NCBI GenBank assembly: GCA_964016885.1
Contig: OZ024742.1
Location: 17,484,001-17,548,000, forward strand
Source of the DNA: Eledone cirrhosa
Lineage: Eukaryota
Direction of reading: 5' to 3'
Length of the DNA stretch: 64,000 nt
The notes beneath the pieces are model-generated. The model saw only the letters and a program-made list of their open reading frames with translations. It did no database searches and had not been told where the DNA came from. Shown here in pieces: positions 31,501-46,500 of the stretch (positions are counted from its first letter, which is position 1; every line of letters begins with the position of its first letter). The translations under genes were made by a program, and so were the position numbers.

Positions 31501-34500
31501 CCTGTTGGATAGAATTGTGTACTCCTGAAACTGTCAGACTGTACTTCCAACCTGTTTGATGGAATTGAGTACTCCTCAAACTGTCAGACTGTACTTCGAA
31601 CTCATTGGATAGAATTGTGTACTCCTCAAACTGTCAGACTGTACTTCGAAACTGTTTGATGGAATTGTGTATTCCTCAAACAGTCAAACTGTACTTCGAA
31701 CCTGTTGGATAGAATTGTGTACTTCTCAAACTATCAGACTGTACTTCCAACATGTTGGATAGAAGTGTGTACTCCGCAAACTGTCAGACTGTACTTCGAA
31801 CCTGTTTGATAGAATTGTGTACTTCTCAAACTGTCAGACTGTACTTCGAACTTGTTGGATATAATTGTGTACTTCTCAAACTCTCAGACTGTACTTCGAA
31901 TCTGTTGGATAGAATTGTGTACTTCTCAAACTGTCAGACTGTACTTCGAACCTGTTTGATAGAATTGTCTATTCCTCAAACTGTCAGACTGTACTTCGAA
32001 TCTGTTGGATAGAATTGTGTACTTCTCAAACTGTGACACTGTACTTCGAACCTGTTGGTTAGAATTGTGTACTCCGCAAACTGTCAGACTGTAATTCGAA
32101 CCTGTTGGATAGAATTGTGTACTCCTCAAACTGTCAGACTGTACTTCGAACCTGTTTGATAGAATTGTGTACTTCTCAAACTGTCAGACTGTACTTCGAA
32201 CTTGTTGGATATAATTGTGTACTTCTCAAACTGTCAGACTGTACTTCGAACCTGTTGGATAGAATTGTGTACTTCTCAAACTGTCAGACTGTACTTCGAA
32301 TCTGTTGGATAGAATTGTGTACTTTTCAAACTGTCAGACTGTACTTCGAACCTGTTTGATAGAATTGTGTATTCCTTAAACTGTCAGACTGTACTTCGAA
32401 CCTGTTTGATAGAATTGTGTATTCCTCAAACTGTCAGACTGTACTTCCAACCTGTTTGATAGAATTGTGTACTCCTCAAACTGTCAGACTGTACTTCGAA
32501 TCTGTTGGATATAATTGTGTACTTCTCAAACTCTCAGACTGTACTTTGAACCTGTTGGATAGAATTGTGTACTGCTCAAACTGTCACACTATACTTCGAA
32601 CCTGTTTGATAGAAGTATGTACTCCGCAAACTGTCAGACTGTACTTCGAACCTGTTGGATAGAATTGTGTACTCCTCAAACTGTCAGACTGTACTTCGAA
32701 CCTGTTTGATAGAATTGTGTATTCCTTAAACTGTCCGACTGTACATCGGACCTGTTGGATAGAATTGTGTACTCCTCAAACTGTCAGACTGTACTTCGAA
32801 TCTGTTGGATAGAATTATGTACTCTTCAAACTGTCAGACTGTAATTCGAATCTGTTGGATAGAATTGTGTACTTCTCAAACTGTCAGACTGTACTTCGAA
32901 TCTGTTTGATAGAATTGTGTACTTCTCAAACTGTCAGACTGTACTTCCAACCTGTTTGATAGAATTGTGTATTCCTCAAACTGTCAGACTGTACTTCGAA
33001 TCTGTTGGATAGAATTGTGTACTTCTCAAACTGTCAGACTGTACTTCGAACCTGTTGGATAGAATTGTGTACTCCTGAAAATGTCAGACTGTACTTCGAA
33101 CCTGTTTGATAGAATTGTCTATTCCTCAAACTGTCAGACTGTACTTCGAATCTGTTGGATAGAATTGTGTACTTCTCAAACTGTGACACTGTACTTCGAA
33201 CCTGTTGGATAGACTTGTGTATTCCTTAAACTGTCTGACTGTACTTCGAACCTGTTTCATAGAATTGTATACTCCTCAAACTATCAGACTGTTCTTCGAA
33301 CTCATTGGATAGATTTGTGTACTTCTCAAACTGTCAGACTGTACTTCTAACCTGTTGGATAGAATTGTGTACTCCTGAAACTGTCAGACTGTACTTCCAA
33401 CCTGTTTGATAGAATTGTGTACTCCTCAAACTGTCAGACTGTACTTCGAACTCATTGGATAGAATTGTGTACTCCTCAAACTGTCAGACTGTACTTCCAA
33501 CCTGTTTGATAGAATTGTGTACTCCTCAAACTGTCAGACTGTACTTCGAACTCATTGGATAGAATTGTATACTCCTCAAACTGTCAGACTGTACTTCGAA
33601 TCTGTTGGATAGAATTGTGTACTCCTCAAACTGTCTGACTGTACTTCGAACCTGTTTGATAGAATTGTGTATTCCTCAAACTATCAGACTGTTCTTCGAA
33701 CTCATTGGATAGAATTGTGTACTTCTCAAACTGTCAGACTGTACTTCGAACCTGTTGGATAGAATTGTGTACTCCGCAAACTGTCAGACTGTACTTCGAA
33801 CCTGTTGCATAGAATTGTGTACTCCTCAAACTGTCAGACTGTACTTCGAACCTGTTTGATAGAATTGTGTACTTCTCAAAATGTACTTCGAACTTGTTGG
33901 ATATAATTGTGTACTTCTCAAACTGTCAGACTGTACTTCGAATCTGTTGGATATAATTGTGTACTTTTCAAACTATCAGACTGTACTTCGAACCAGTTTG
34001 ATAGAATTGTGTACTTCTCAAACTGTGACACTGTACTTCGAACCTGTTGGATAGAATTGTGTATTCCTTAAACTGTCTGACTGTACGTCCAACCTGTTTG
34101 ATAGAATTGTGTACTCCTCAAACTGTCAGACTGTACTTCGAATCTGTTTGATATAATTGTGTACTTCTCAAACTCTCAGACTGTACTATGAACCTGTTGG
34201 ATAGAATTGTGTACTTCACAAACTCTCAGACTGTACTTCGAACCTGTTGGATAGAATTGTGTACTCCTCAAACTGTCAGACTGTACTTCCAACCTGTTTG
34301 ATAGAATTTTGTACTCCTCAAACTGTCAGACTGTTCTTCGAACTCATTGGATAGAATTGTGTACTCCTCAAACTGTCAGACTGTACTTCGAATCTGTTGG
34401 ATAGAATTGTGTACTCCTCAAACTGTCAGACTGTACTTCGAATCTGTTGGATATAATTGTGTACTTCTCAAACTGTTAGACTGTACTTCGAATCTGTTTG

Positions 34501-37500
34501 ATAGAATTGTGTACTTCTCAAACTGTCAGACTGTACTTCCAACCTGTTTGATAGAATTGTGTATTCCTCAAACTGTCAGACTGTACTTCGAACCTGTTTG
34601 ATAGAATTGTGTATTCCTCAAACTGTCAGACTGTACTTCGAATCTGTTTGATAGAATTGTGTACTTCTCAAACTGTCAGACTGTACTTCGAACTTGTTGG
34701 ATATAATTATGTACTTTTCAAACTGTCAGACTGTACTTCGAACCTGTTTGATAGAATTGTGTATTCCTTAAACTGTCAGACTGTACTTCGAACCTGTTTG
34801 ATAGAATTGTGTATTCCTCAAACTGTCAGACTGTACTTCCAACCTGTTTGATAGAATTGTGTACTCCTCAAACTGTCAGACTGTACTTCGAATCTGTTGG
34901 ATATAATTGTGTACTTCTCAAACTCTCAGACTGTACTTTGAACCTGTTGGATAGAATTGTGTACTGCTCAAACTGTCACACTATACTTCGAACCTGTTTG
35001 ATAGAAGTATGTACTCCGCAAACTGTCAGACTGTACTTCGAACCTGTTGGATAGAATTGTGTACTCCTCAAACTGTCAGACTGTACTTCGAACCTGTTTG
35101 ATAGAATTGTGTATTCCTTAAACTGTCCGACTGTACATCGGACCTGTTGGATAGAATTGTGTACTCCTCAAACTGTCAGACTGTACTTCGAATCTGTTGG
35201 ATAGAATTATGTACTCTTCAAACTGTCAGACTGTAATTCGAATCTGTTGGATAGAATTGTGTACTTCTCAAACTGTCAGACTGTACTTCGAATCTGTTTG
35301 ATAGAATTGTGTACTTCTCAAACTGTCAGACTGTACTTCCAACCTGTTTGATAGAATTGTGTATTCCTCAAACTGTCAGACTGTACTTCGAATCTGTTGG
35401 ATAGAATTGTGTACTTCTCAAACTGTCAGACTGTACTTCGAACCTGTTGGATAGAATTGTGTACTCCTGAAAATGTCAGACTGTACTTCGAACCTGTTTG
35501 ATAGAATTGTCTATTCCTCAAACTGTCAGACTGTACTTCGAATCTGTTGGATAGAATTGTGTACTTCTCAAACTGTGACACTGTACTTCGAACCTGTTGG
35601 ATAGACTTGTGTATTCCTTAAACTGTCTGACTGTACTTCGAACCTGTTTCATAGAATTGTATACTCCTCAAACTATCAGACTGTTCTTCGAACTCATTGG
35701 ATAGATTTGTGTACTTCTCAAACTGTCAGACTGTACTTCTAACCTGTTGGATAGAATTGTGTACTCCTGAAACTGTCAGACTGTACTTCCAACCTGTTTG
35801 ATAGAATTGTGTACTCCTCAAACTGTCAGACTGTACTTCGAACTCATTGGATAGAATTGTGTACTCCTCAAACTGTCAGACTGTACTTCCAACCTGTTTG
35901 ATAGAATTGTGTACTCCTCAAACTGTCAGACTGTACTTCGAACTCATTGGATAGAATTGTATACTCCTCAAACTGTCAGACTGTACTTCGAATCTGTTGG
36001 ATAGAATTGTGTACTCCTCAAACTGTCTGACTGTACTTCGAACCTGTTTGATAGAATTGTGTATTCCTCAAACTATCAGACTGTTCTTCGAACTCATTGG
36101 ATAGAATTGTGTACTTCTCAAACTGTCAGACTGTACTTCGAACCTGTTGGATAGAATTGTGTACTCCGCAAACTGTCAGACTGTACTTCGAACCTGTTGC
36201 ATAGAATTGTGTACTCCTCAAACTGTCAGACTGTACTTCGAATCTGTTTGATAGAATTGTGTACTTCTCAAAATGTACTTCGAACTTGTTGGATATAATT
36301 GTGTACTTCTCAAACTGTCAGACTGTACTTCGAATCTGTTGGATATAATTGTGTACTTTTCAAACTATCAGACTGTACTTCGAACCTGTTTGATAGAATT
36401 GTGTACTTCTCAAACTGTGACACTGTACTTCGAACCTGTTGGATAGAATTGTGTATTCCTTAAACTGTCTGACTGTACGTCCAACCTGTTTGATAGAATT
36501 GTGTACTCCTCAAACTGTCAGACTGTACTTCGAATCTGTTTGATATAATTGTGTACTTCTCAAACTCTCAGACTGTACTATGAACCTGTTGGATAGAATT
36601 GTGTACTTCACAAACTCTCAGACTGTACTTCGAACCTGTTGGATAGAATTGTGTACTCCTCAAACTGTCAGACTGTACTTCCAACCTGTTTGATAGAATT
36701 TTGTACTCCTCAAACTGTCAGACTGTTCTTCGAACTCATTGGATAGAATTGTGTACTCCTCAAACTGTCAGACTGTACTTCGAATCTGTTGGATAGAATT
36801 GTGTACTCCTCAAACTGTCAGACTGTACTTCGAATCTGTTGGATATAATTGTGTACTTCTCAAACTGTTAGACTGTACTTCGAATCTGTTTGATAGAATT
36901 GTGTACTTCTCAAACTGTCAGACTGTACTTCCAACCTGTTTGATAGAATTGTGTATTCCTCAAACTGTCAGACTGTACTTCGAACCTGTTTGATAGAATT
37001 GTGTATTCCTCAAACTGTCAGACTGTACTTCGAATCTGTTTGATAGAATTGTGTACTTCTCAAACTGTCAGACTGTACTTCGAACTTGTTGGATATAATT
37101 ATGTACTTCTCAAACTGAAAGACTGTACTTAGAATATGTTGGATAGAATTGTGTACTCCTCAAACTGTCAGACTGTACTTCGAATCTGTTGGATAGAATT
37201 GTGTACTTCTCAAACTGTGACACTGTACTTCGAACCTGTTGGATAGACTTGTGTATTCCTTAAACTGTCTGACTGTACTTCGAACCTGTTTCATAGAATG
37301 GTATACTCCTCAAACTATCAGACTGTTCTTCGAACTCATTGGATAGAATTGTGTACTTCTCAAACTGTCAGACTGTACTTCTAATCTGTTGGATAGAATT
37401 GTGTACTCCTGAAACTGTCAGACTGTACTTCCAACCTGTTTGATAGAATTGTGTACTCCTCAAACTGTCAGACTGTACTTCGAACTCATTGGATAGAATT

Positions 37501-40500
37501 GTGTACTCCTCAAACTGTCAGACTGTACTTCGAACCTGTTTGATAGAATTGTGTATTCCTCAAACAGTCAAACTGTACTTCGAACTCATTGGATAGAATT
37601 GTATACTCCTCAAACTGTCAGACTGTACTTCGAAACTGTTTGATAGAATTGTGTATTCCTCAAACAGTCAAACTGTACTTCGAACCTGTTGGATAGAATT
37701 GTGTACTTCTCAAACTGTCAGACTGTACTTCGAACCTGTTGGATAGAATTGTGTACTCCGCAAACTGCCAGACTGTACTTCGAACCTGTTGGATAGAATT
37801 GTGTACTCCTCAAACCGTCAGACTGTACTTCGAATCTGTTTGATAGAATTGTGTACTTCTCAAACTGTCAGACTGTACTTCCAACCTGTTTGATAGAATT
37901 GTGTATTCCTCAAACTGTCAGACTGTACTTCGAATCTGTTGGATAGAATTGTGTACTTCTCAAACTGTCAGACTGTACTTCGAACCTGTTGGATAGAATT
38001 GTGTACTCCTGAAAATGTCAGACTGTACTTCGAACCTGTTTGATAGAATTGTCTATTCCTCAAACTGTCAGACTGTACTTCGAATCTGTTGGATAGAATT
38101 GTGTACTTCTCAAACTGTGACACTGTACTTCGAACCTGTTGGATAGACTTGTGTATTCCTTAAACTGTCTGACTGTACTTCGAACCTGTTTCATAGAATT
38201 GTATACTCCTCAAACTATCAGACTGTTCTTCGAACTCATTGGATAGATTTGTGTACTTCTCAAACTGTCAGACTGTACTTCTAACCTGTTGGATAGAATT
38301 GTGTACTCCTGAAACTGTCAGACTGTACTTCCAACCTGTTTGATAGAATTGTGTACTCCTCAAACTGTCAGACTGTACTTCGAACTCATTGGATAGAATT
38401 GTGTACTCCTCAAACTGTCAGACTGTACTTCCAACCTGTTTGATAGAATTGTGTACTCCTCAAACTGTCAGACTGTACTTCGAACTCATTGGATAGAATT
38501 GTATACTCCTCAAACTGTCAGACTGTACTTCGAATCTGTTGGATAGAATTGTGTACTCCTCAAACTGTCTGACTGTACTTCGAACCTGTTTGATAGAATT
38601 GTGTATTCCTCAAACTATCAGACTGTTCTTCGAACTCATTGGATAGAATTGTGTACTTCTCAAACTGTCAGACTGTACTTCGAACCTGTTGGATAGAATT
38701 GTGTACTCCGCAAACTGTCAGACTGTACTTCGAACCTGTTGCATAGAATTGTGTACTCCTCAAACTGTCAGACTGTACTTCGAACCTGTTTGATAGAATT
38801 GTGTACTTCTCAAAATGTACTTCGAACTTGTTGGATATAATTGTGTACTTCTCAAACTGTCAGACTGTACTTCGAATCTGTTGGATATAATTGTGTACTT
38901 TTCAAACTATCAGACTGTACTTCGAACCTGTTTGATAGAATTGTGTACTTCTCAAACTGTGACACTGTACTTCGAACCTGTTGGATAGAATTGTGTATTC
39001 CTTAAACTGTCTGACTGTACGTCCAACCTGTTTGATAGAATTGTGTACTCCTCAAACTGTCAGACTGTACTTCGAATCTGTTTGATATAATTGTGTACTT
39101 CTCAAACTCTCAGACTGTACTATGAACCTGTTGGATAGAATTGTGTACTTCACAAACTCTCAGACTGTACTTCGAACCTGTTGGATAGAATTGTGTACTC
39201 CTCAAACTGTCAGACTGTACTTCCAACCTGTTTGATAGAATTTTGTACTCCTCAAACTGTCAGACTGTTCTTCGAACTCATTGGATAGAATTGTGTACTC
39301 CTCAAACTGTCAGACTGTACTTCGAATCTGTTGGATAGAATTGTGTACTCCTCAAACTGTCAGACTGTACTTCGAATCTGTTGGATATAATTGTGTACTT
39401 CTCAAACTGTTAGACTGTACTTCGAATCTGTTTGATAGAATTGTGTACTTCTCAAACTGTCAGACTGTACTTCCAACCTGTTTGATAGAATTGTTTATTC
39501 CTCAAACTGTCAGACTGTACTTCGAACCTGTTTGATAGAATTGTGTATTCCTCAAACTGTCAGACTGTACTTCGAATCTGTTTGATAGAATTGTGTACTT
39601 CTCAAACTGTCAGACTGTACTTCGAACTTGTTGGATATAATTATGTACTTCTCAAACTGAAAGACTGTACTTAGAATATGTTGGATAGAATTGTGTACTC
39701 CTCAAACTGTCAGACTGTACTTCGAATCTGTTGGATAGAATTGTGTACTTCTCAAACTGTGACACTGTACTTCGAACCTGTTGGATAGACTTGTGTATTC
39801 CTTAAACTGTCTGACTGTACTTCGAACCTGTTTCATAGAATGGTATACTCCTCAAACTATCAGACTGTTCTTCGAACTCATTGGATAGAATTGTGTACTT
39901 CTCAAACTGTCAGACTGTACTTCTAATCTGTTGGATAGAATTGTGTACTCCTGAAACTGTCAGACTGTACTTCCAACCTGTTTGATAGAATTGTGTACTC
40001 CTCAAACTGTCAGACTGTACTTCGAACTCATTGGATAGAATTGTGTACTCCTCAAACTGTCAGACTGTACTTCGAACCTGTTTGATAGAATTGTGTATTC
40101 CTCAAACAGTCAAACTGTACTTCGAACTCATTGGATAGAATTGTATACTCCTCAAACTGTCAGACTGTACTTCGAAACTGTTTGATAGAATTGTGTATTC
40201 CTCAAACAGTCAAACTGTACTTCGAACCTGTTGGATAGAATTGTGTACTTCTCAAACTGTCAGACTGTACTTCGAACCTGTTGGATAGAATTGTGTACTC
40301 CGCAAACTGCCAGACTGTACTTCGAACCTGTTGGATAGAATTGTGTACTCCTCAAACCGTCAGACTGTACTTCGAATCTGTTTGATAGAATTGTGTACTT
40401 CTCAAACTGTCAGACTGTACTTCCAACCTGTTTGATAGAATTGTGTATTCCTCAAACTGTCAGACTGTACTTCGAATCTGTTGGATAGAATTGTGTACTT

Positions 40501-43500
40501 CTCAAATTGAAAAACTGTACTTCGAACCTGTTTGATAGAATTGTGTATTCCTCAAACTGTCAGACTGTACTTCGAATATGTTGGATAGAATTGTGTACTT
40601 CTCGAACTGTCAGACTGTACTTCGAACCTGTTGGATAGCATTGTGTACTTCTCAAACTGTCAGACTGTTCTTCGAACCTGTTTGATAGAATTGTCTATTC
40701 CTCAAACTGTCAGACTGTACTTCGAATCTGTTGGATAGAATTGTGTACTTCTCAAACTGTGACACTGTACTTCGAACCTGTTTCATAGAATTGTATACTC
40801 CTCAAACTATTAGACTGTTCTTCGAACTCATTGGATAGAATTGTGTACTTCTCAAACTGTCAGACTGTACTTCTAACCTGTTGGATAGAATTGTGTACTC
40901 CTGAAACTGTCAGACTGTACTTCCAACCTGTTTGATAGAATTGTGTACTCCGCAAACTGTCAGACTGTACTTCGAACTCATTGGATAGAATTGTGTACTC
41001 CTCAAACTGTCAGACTGTACTTCCAACCTGTTTGATAGAATTGTGTACTCCTCAAATTGTCAGACTGTACTTCGAACTCATTGGATAGAATTGTATACTC
41101 CTCAAACTGTCAGACTGTACTTCGAATCTGTTGGATAGAATTGTGTACTCCTCAAACTGTCTGACTGTACTTCGAACTCATTGGATAGAATTGTGTACTC
41201 CTCAAACTGTCAGACTGTACTTCCAACCTGTTTCATAGAATTGTGTACTCCTCAAACTGTCAGACTGTACTTCGAACCTGTTGTATAGAATTGTGTACTC
41301 CTGAAACTGTCAGACTGTACTTCCAACCTGTTTGATAGAATTGTGTACTCCTCAAACTGTCAGACTGTACTTCGAACTCATTGGATAGAATTGTGTACTC
41401 CTCAAACTGTCAGACTGTACTTCCAACCTGTTTCATAGAATTGTGTACTCCTCAAACTGTCAGACTGTACTTCGAACTCATTGGATAGAATTGTATACTC
41501 CTCAAACTGTCAGACTGTACTTCGAAACTGTTTGATAGAATTGTGTATTCCTCAAACAGTAAAAAAACTGTACTTCGAACCTGTTGGATAGACTTGTGTA
41601 TTCCTTAAACTGTCTGACTGTACTTCGAAGCTGTTTCATAGAATTGTATACTCCTCAAACTATCAGACTGTTCTTCGAACTCATTGGATAGAATTGTGTA
41701 CTTCTCAAACTGTCAGACTGTACTTCGAACCTGTTGGATAGAATTGTGTACTCCGCAAACTGTCAGATTGTACTTCGAACCTGTTGGATAGAATTGTGTA
41801 CTCCTCAAACTGTCAGACTGTACTTCGAACCTGTTTGATAGAATTGTGTACTTCTCAAACTGTCAGACTGTACTTCGAACTTGTTGGAAATAATTGTGTA
41901 CTTCTCAAACTGTCAGAGTGTACTTCGAATCTGTTTGATAGAATTGTGTACTTTTCAAACTGTCAGACTGTACTTCGAACCTGTTTGATAGAATTGTGTA
42001 TTCCTTAAACTGTCTGACTGTAATTCGAACCTGTTGGATAGAATTGTGTACTCCTCAAACTGTCAGACTGTACTTCGAATCTGTTGGATATAATTGTGTA
42101 CTTCTCAAACTGTCAGACTGTACTTCGAACCTGTTTGATAGAATTGTGTATTCCTCAAACTGTCAGACTGTACTTCCAACCTGTTTGATAGAATTGTGTA
42201 CTCCTCAAACTGTCAGACTGTACTTCGAATCTGTTGGATATAATTGTGTACTTCTCAAACTGTCAGACTGTACTTCGAACCTGTTTGATAGAATTGTGTA
42301 CTTCTCAAACTGTCAGACTATACTTCGAACTTGTTGGATATAATTATGTACTTCTCAAACTGTCAGACTGTACTTCGAACCTGTTGGATAGAATTGTGTA
42401 CTCTTCAAACTGTCAGACTGTAATTCGAATCTGTTGGATAGAATTGTGTACTTCTCAAACTGTCAGACTGTACTTCGAATCTGTTTGATAGAATTGTGTA
42501 CTTCTCAAACTGTCAGACTGTACTTCCAACTTGTTTGATAGAATTGTGTATTCCTCAAACTGTCAGACTGTACTTAGAATCTGTTTGATATAATTGTGTA
42601 CTTCTCGAACTGTCAGACTGTACTTCGAACCTGGTTGATAGAATTGTGTATTCCTCAAACTGTCAGACTGTACTTCGAATCTGTTGGATAGAATTGTGTA
42701 CTTCTCGAACTGTCAGACTGTACTTCGAACCTGGTTGATAGAATTGTGTATTCCTCAAACTGTCAGACTGTACTTAGAATCTGTTTGATATAATTGTGTA
42801 CTTCTCGAACTGTCAGACTGTACTTCGAACCTGGTTGATAGAATTGTGTATTCCTCAAACTGTCAGACTGTACTTCGAATCTGTTGGATAGAATTGTGTA
42901 CTTCTCGAACTGTCAGACTGTACTTCGAACCTGGTTGATAGAATTGTGTATTCCTCAAACTGTCAGACTGTACTTAGAATCTGTTTGATATAATTGTGTA
43001 CTTCTCGAACTGTCAGACTGTACTTCGAACCTGGTTGATAGAATTGTGTATTCCTCAAACTGTCAGACTGTACTTCGAATCTGTTGGATAAAATTGTGTA
43101 CTTCTCGAACTGTCAGACTGTACTTCGAACCTGGTTGATAGAATTGTGTATTCCTCAAACTGTCAGACTGTACTTAGAATCTGTTTGATATAATTGTGTA
43201 TTCCTCAAACTGTCAGACTGTACTTCGAATCTGTTGGATAGAATTGTGTACTTCTCGAACTGTCAGACTGTACTTCGAACCTGTTTGATAGAATTGTGTA
43301 TTCCTCAAACTGTCAGACTGTACTTAGAATCTGTTTGATAGAATTGTGTATTCCTCAAACTGTCAGACTGTACTTCGAATCTGTTGGATAGAATTGTGTA
43401 CTTCTCAAACTGAAAGACTGTACTTCGAACCTGGTTGATTGAATTGTGTATTCCTCAAACTGTCAGACTGTACTTCGAATCTGTTGGATAGAATTGTGTA

Positions 43501-46500
43501 CTTCTCGAGCTGTCAGACTGTACTTCGAACCTGGTTGATAGAATTGTTTATTCCTCAAACTGTCAGACTGTACTTCGAATCTGTTGGATAGAATTGTGTA
43601 CTTCTCAAACTGAAAGACTGTACTTCGAACCTGGTTGATAGAATTGTGTATTCCTCAAACTGTCAGACTGTACTTCGAATCTGTTGGATAGAATTGTGTA
43701 CTTCTCAAATTGTGACACTGTACTTCGAACCTGTTGGATAGACTTGTGTATTCCTTAAACTGTCTGACTGTACTTCGAAGCTGTTTCATAGAATTGTATA
43801 CTCCTCAAACTATCAGACTGTTCTTCGAACTCATTGGATAGAATTGTGTACTTCTCAAACTGTCAGACTGTACTTCGAAACTGTTTGATAGAATTGTGTA
43901 TTCCTCAAACAGTCAAACTGTACTTCGAACCTGTTGGATAGAATTCTGTACTTCTCAAACTGTCAGACTGTACTTCGAACCTGTTGTATAGAATTGTGTA
44001 CTCCTGAAACTGTCAGACTGTACTTCCAACCTGTTTGATAGAATTGTGTACTCCTCAAACTGTCAGACTGTACTTCGAACTCATTGGATAGAATTGTGTA
44101 CTCCTCAAACTGTCAGACTGTACTTCCAACCTGTTTCATAGAATTGTGTACTCCTCAAACTGTCAGACTGTACTTCGAACTCATTGGATAGAATTGTATA
44201 CTCCTCAAACTGTCAGACTGTACTTCGAACCTGTTTGATAGAATTGTGTACTTCTCAAACTGTCAGACTGTACTTCGAACTTGTTGGAAATAATTGTGTA
44301 CTTCTCAAACTGTCAGAGTGTACTTCGAATCTGTTTGATAGAATTGTGTACTTTTCAAACTGTCAGACTGTACTTCGAACCTGTTTGATAGAATTGTGTA
44401 TTCCTTAAACTGTCTGACTGTAATTCGAACCTGTTGGATAGAATTGTGTACTCCTCAAACTGTCAGACTGTACTTCGAATCTGTTGGATATAATTGTGTA
44501 CTTCTCAAACTGTCAGACTGTACTTCGAACCTGTTTGATAGAATTGTGTATTCCTCAAACTGTCAGACTGTACTTCCAACCTGTTTGATAGAATTGTGTA
44601 CTCCTCAAACTGTCAGACTGTACTTCGAATCTGTTGGATATAATTGTGTACTTCTCAAACTGTCAGACTGTACTTCGAACCTGTTTGATAGAATTGTGTA
44701 CTTCTCAAACTGTCAGACTATACTTCGAACTTGTTGGATATAATTATGTACTTCTCAAACTGTCAGACTGTACTTCGAACCTGTTGGATAGAATTGTGTA
44801 CTCTTCAAACTGTCAGACTGTAATTCGAATCTGTTGGATAGAATTGTGTACTTCTCAAACTGTCAGACTGTACTTCGAATCTGTTTGATAGAATTGTGTA
44901 CTTCTCAAACTGTCAGACTGTACTTCCAACTTGTTTGATAGAATTGTGTATTCCTCAAACTGTCAGACTGTACTTAGAATCTGTTTGATATAATTGTGTA
45001 CTTCTCGAACTGTCAGACTGTACTTCGAACCTGGTTGATAGAATTGTGTATTCCTCAAACTGTCAGACTGTACTTCGAATCTGTTGGATAGAATTGTGTA
45101 CTTCTCGAACTGTCAGACTGTACTTCGAACCTGGTTGATAGAATTGTGTATTCCTCAAACTGTCAGACTGTACTTAGAATCTGTTTGATATAATTGTGTA
45201 CTTCTCGAACTGTCAGACTGTACTTCGAACCTGGTTGATAGAATTGTGTATTCCTCAAACTGTCAGACTGTACTTCGAATCTGTTGGATAGAATTGTGTA
45301 CTTCTCGAACTGTCAGACTGTACTTCGAACCTGGTTGATAGAATTGTGTATTCCTCAAACTGTCAGACTGTACTTAGAATCTGTTTGATATAATTGTGTA
45401 TTCCTCAAACTGTCAGACTGTACTTCGAATCTGTTGGATAGAATTGTGTACTTCTCGAACTGTCAGACTGTACTTCGAACCTGTTTGATAGAATTGTGTA
45501 TTCCTCAAACTGTCAGACTGTACTTAGAATCTGTTTGATAGAATTGTGTATTCCTCAAACTGTCAGACTGTACTTCGAATCTGTTGGATAGAATTGTGTA
45601 CTTCTCAAACTGAAAGACTGTACTTCGAACCTGGTTGATTGAATTGTGTATTCCTCAAACTGTCAGACTGTACTTCGAATCTGTTGGATAGAATTGTGTA
45701 CTTCTCGAGCTATCAGACTGTACTTCGAACCTGGTTGATAGAATTGTTTATTCCTCAAACTGTCAGACTGTACTTCGAATCTGTTGGATAGAATTGTGTA
45801 CTTCTCAAACTGAAAGACTGTACTTCGAACCTGGTTGATAGAATTGTGTATTCCTCAAACTGTCAGACTGTACTTCGAATCTGTTGGATAGAATTGTGTA
45901 CTTCTCAAATTGTGACACTGTACTTCGAACCTGTTGGATAGACTTGTGTATTCCTTAAACTGTCTGACTGTACTTCGAAGCTGTTTCATAGAATTGTATA
46001 CTCCTCAAACTATCAGACTGTTCTTCGAACTCATTGGATAGAATTGTGTACTTCTCAAACTGTCAGACTGTACTTCGAAACTGTTTGATAGAATTGTGTA
46101 TTCCTCAAACAGTCAAACTGTACTTCGAACCTGTTGGATAGAATTCTGTACTTCTCAAACTGTCAGACTGTACTTCGAACCTGTTGTATAGAATTGTGTA
46201 CTCCTGAAACTGTCAGACTGTACTTCCAACCTGTTTGATAGAATTGTGTACTCCTCAAACTGTCAGACTGTACTTCGAACTCATTGGATAGAATTGTGTA
46301 CTCCTCAAACTGTCAGACTGTACTTCCAACCTGTTTCATAGAATTGTGTACTCCTCAAACTGTCAGACTGTACTTCGAACTCATTGGATAGAATTGTATA
46401 CTCCTCAAACTGTCAGACTGTACTTCGAAACTGTTTGATAGAATTGTGTATTCCTCAAACAGTCAAACTGTACTTCGAACCTGTTGGATAGAATGGTGTA

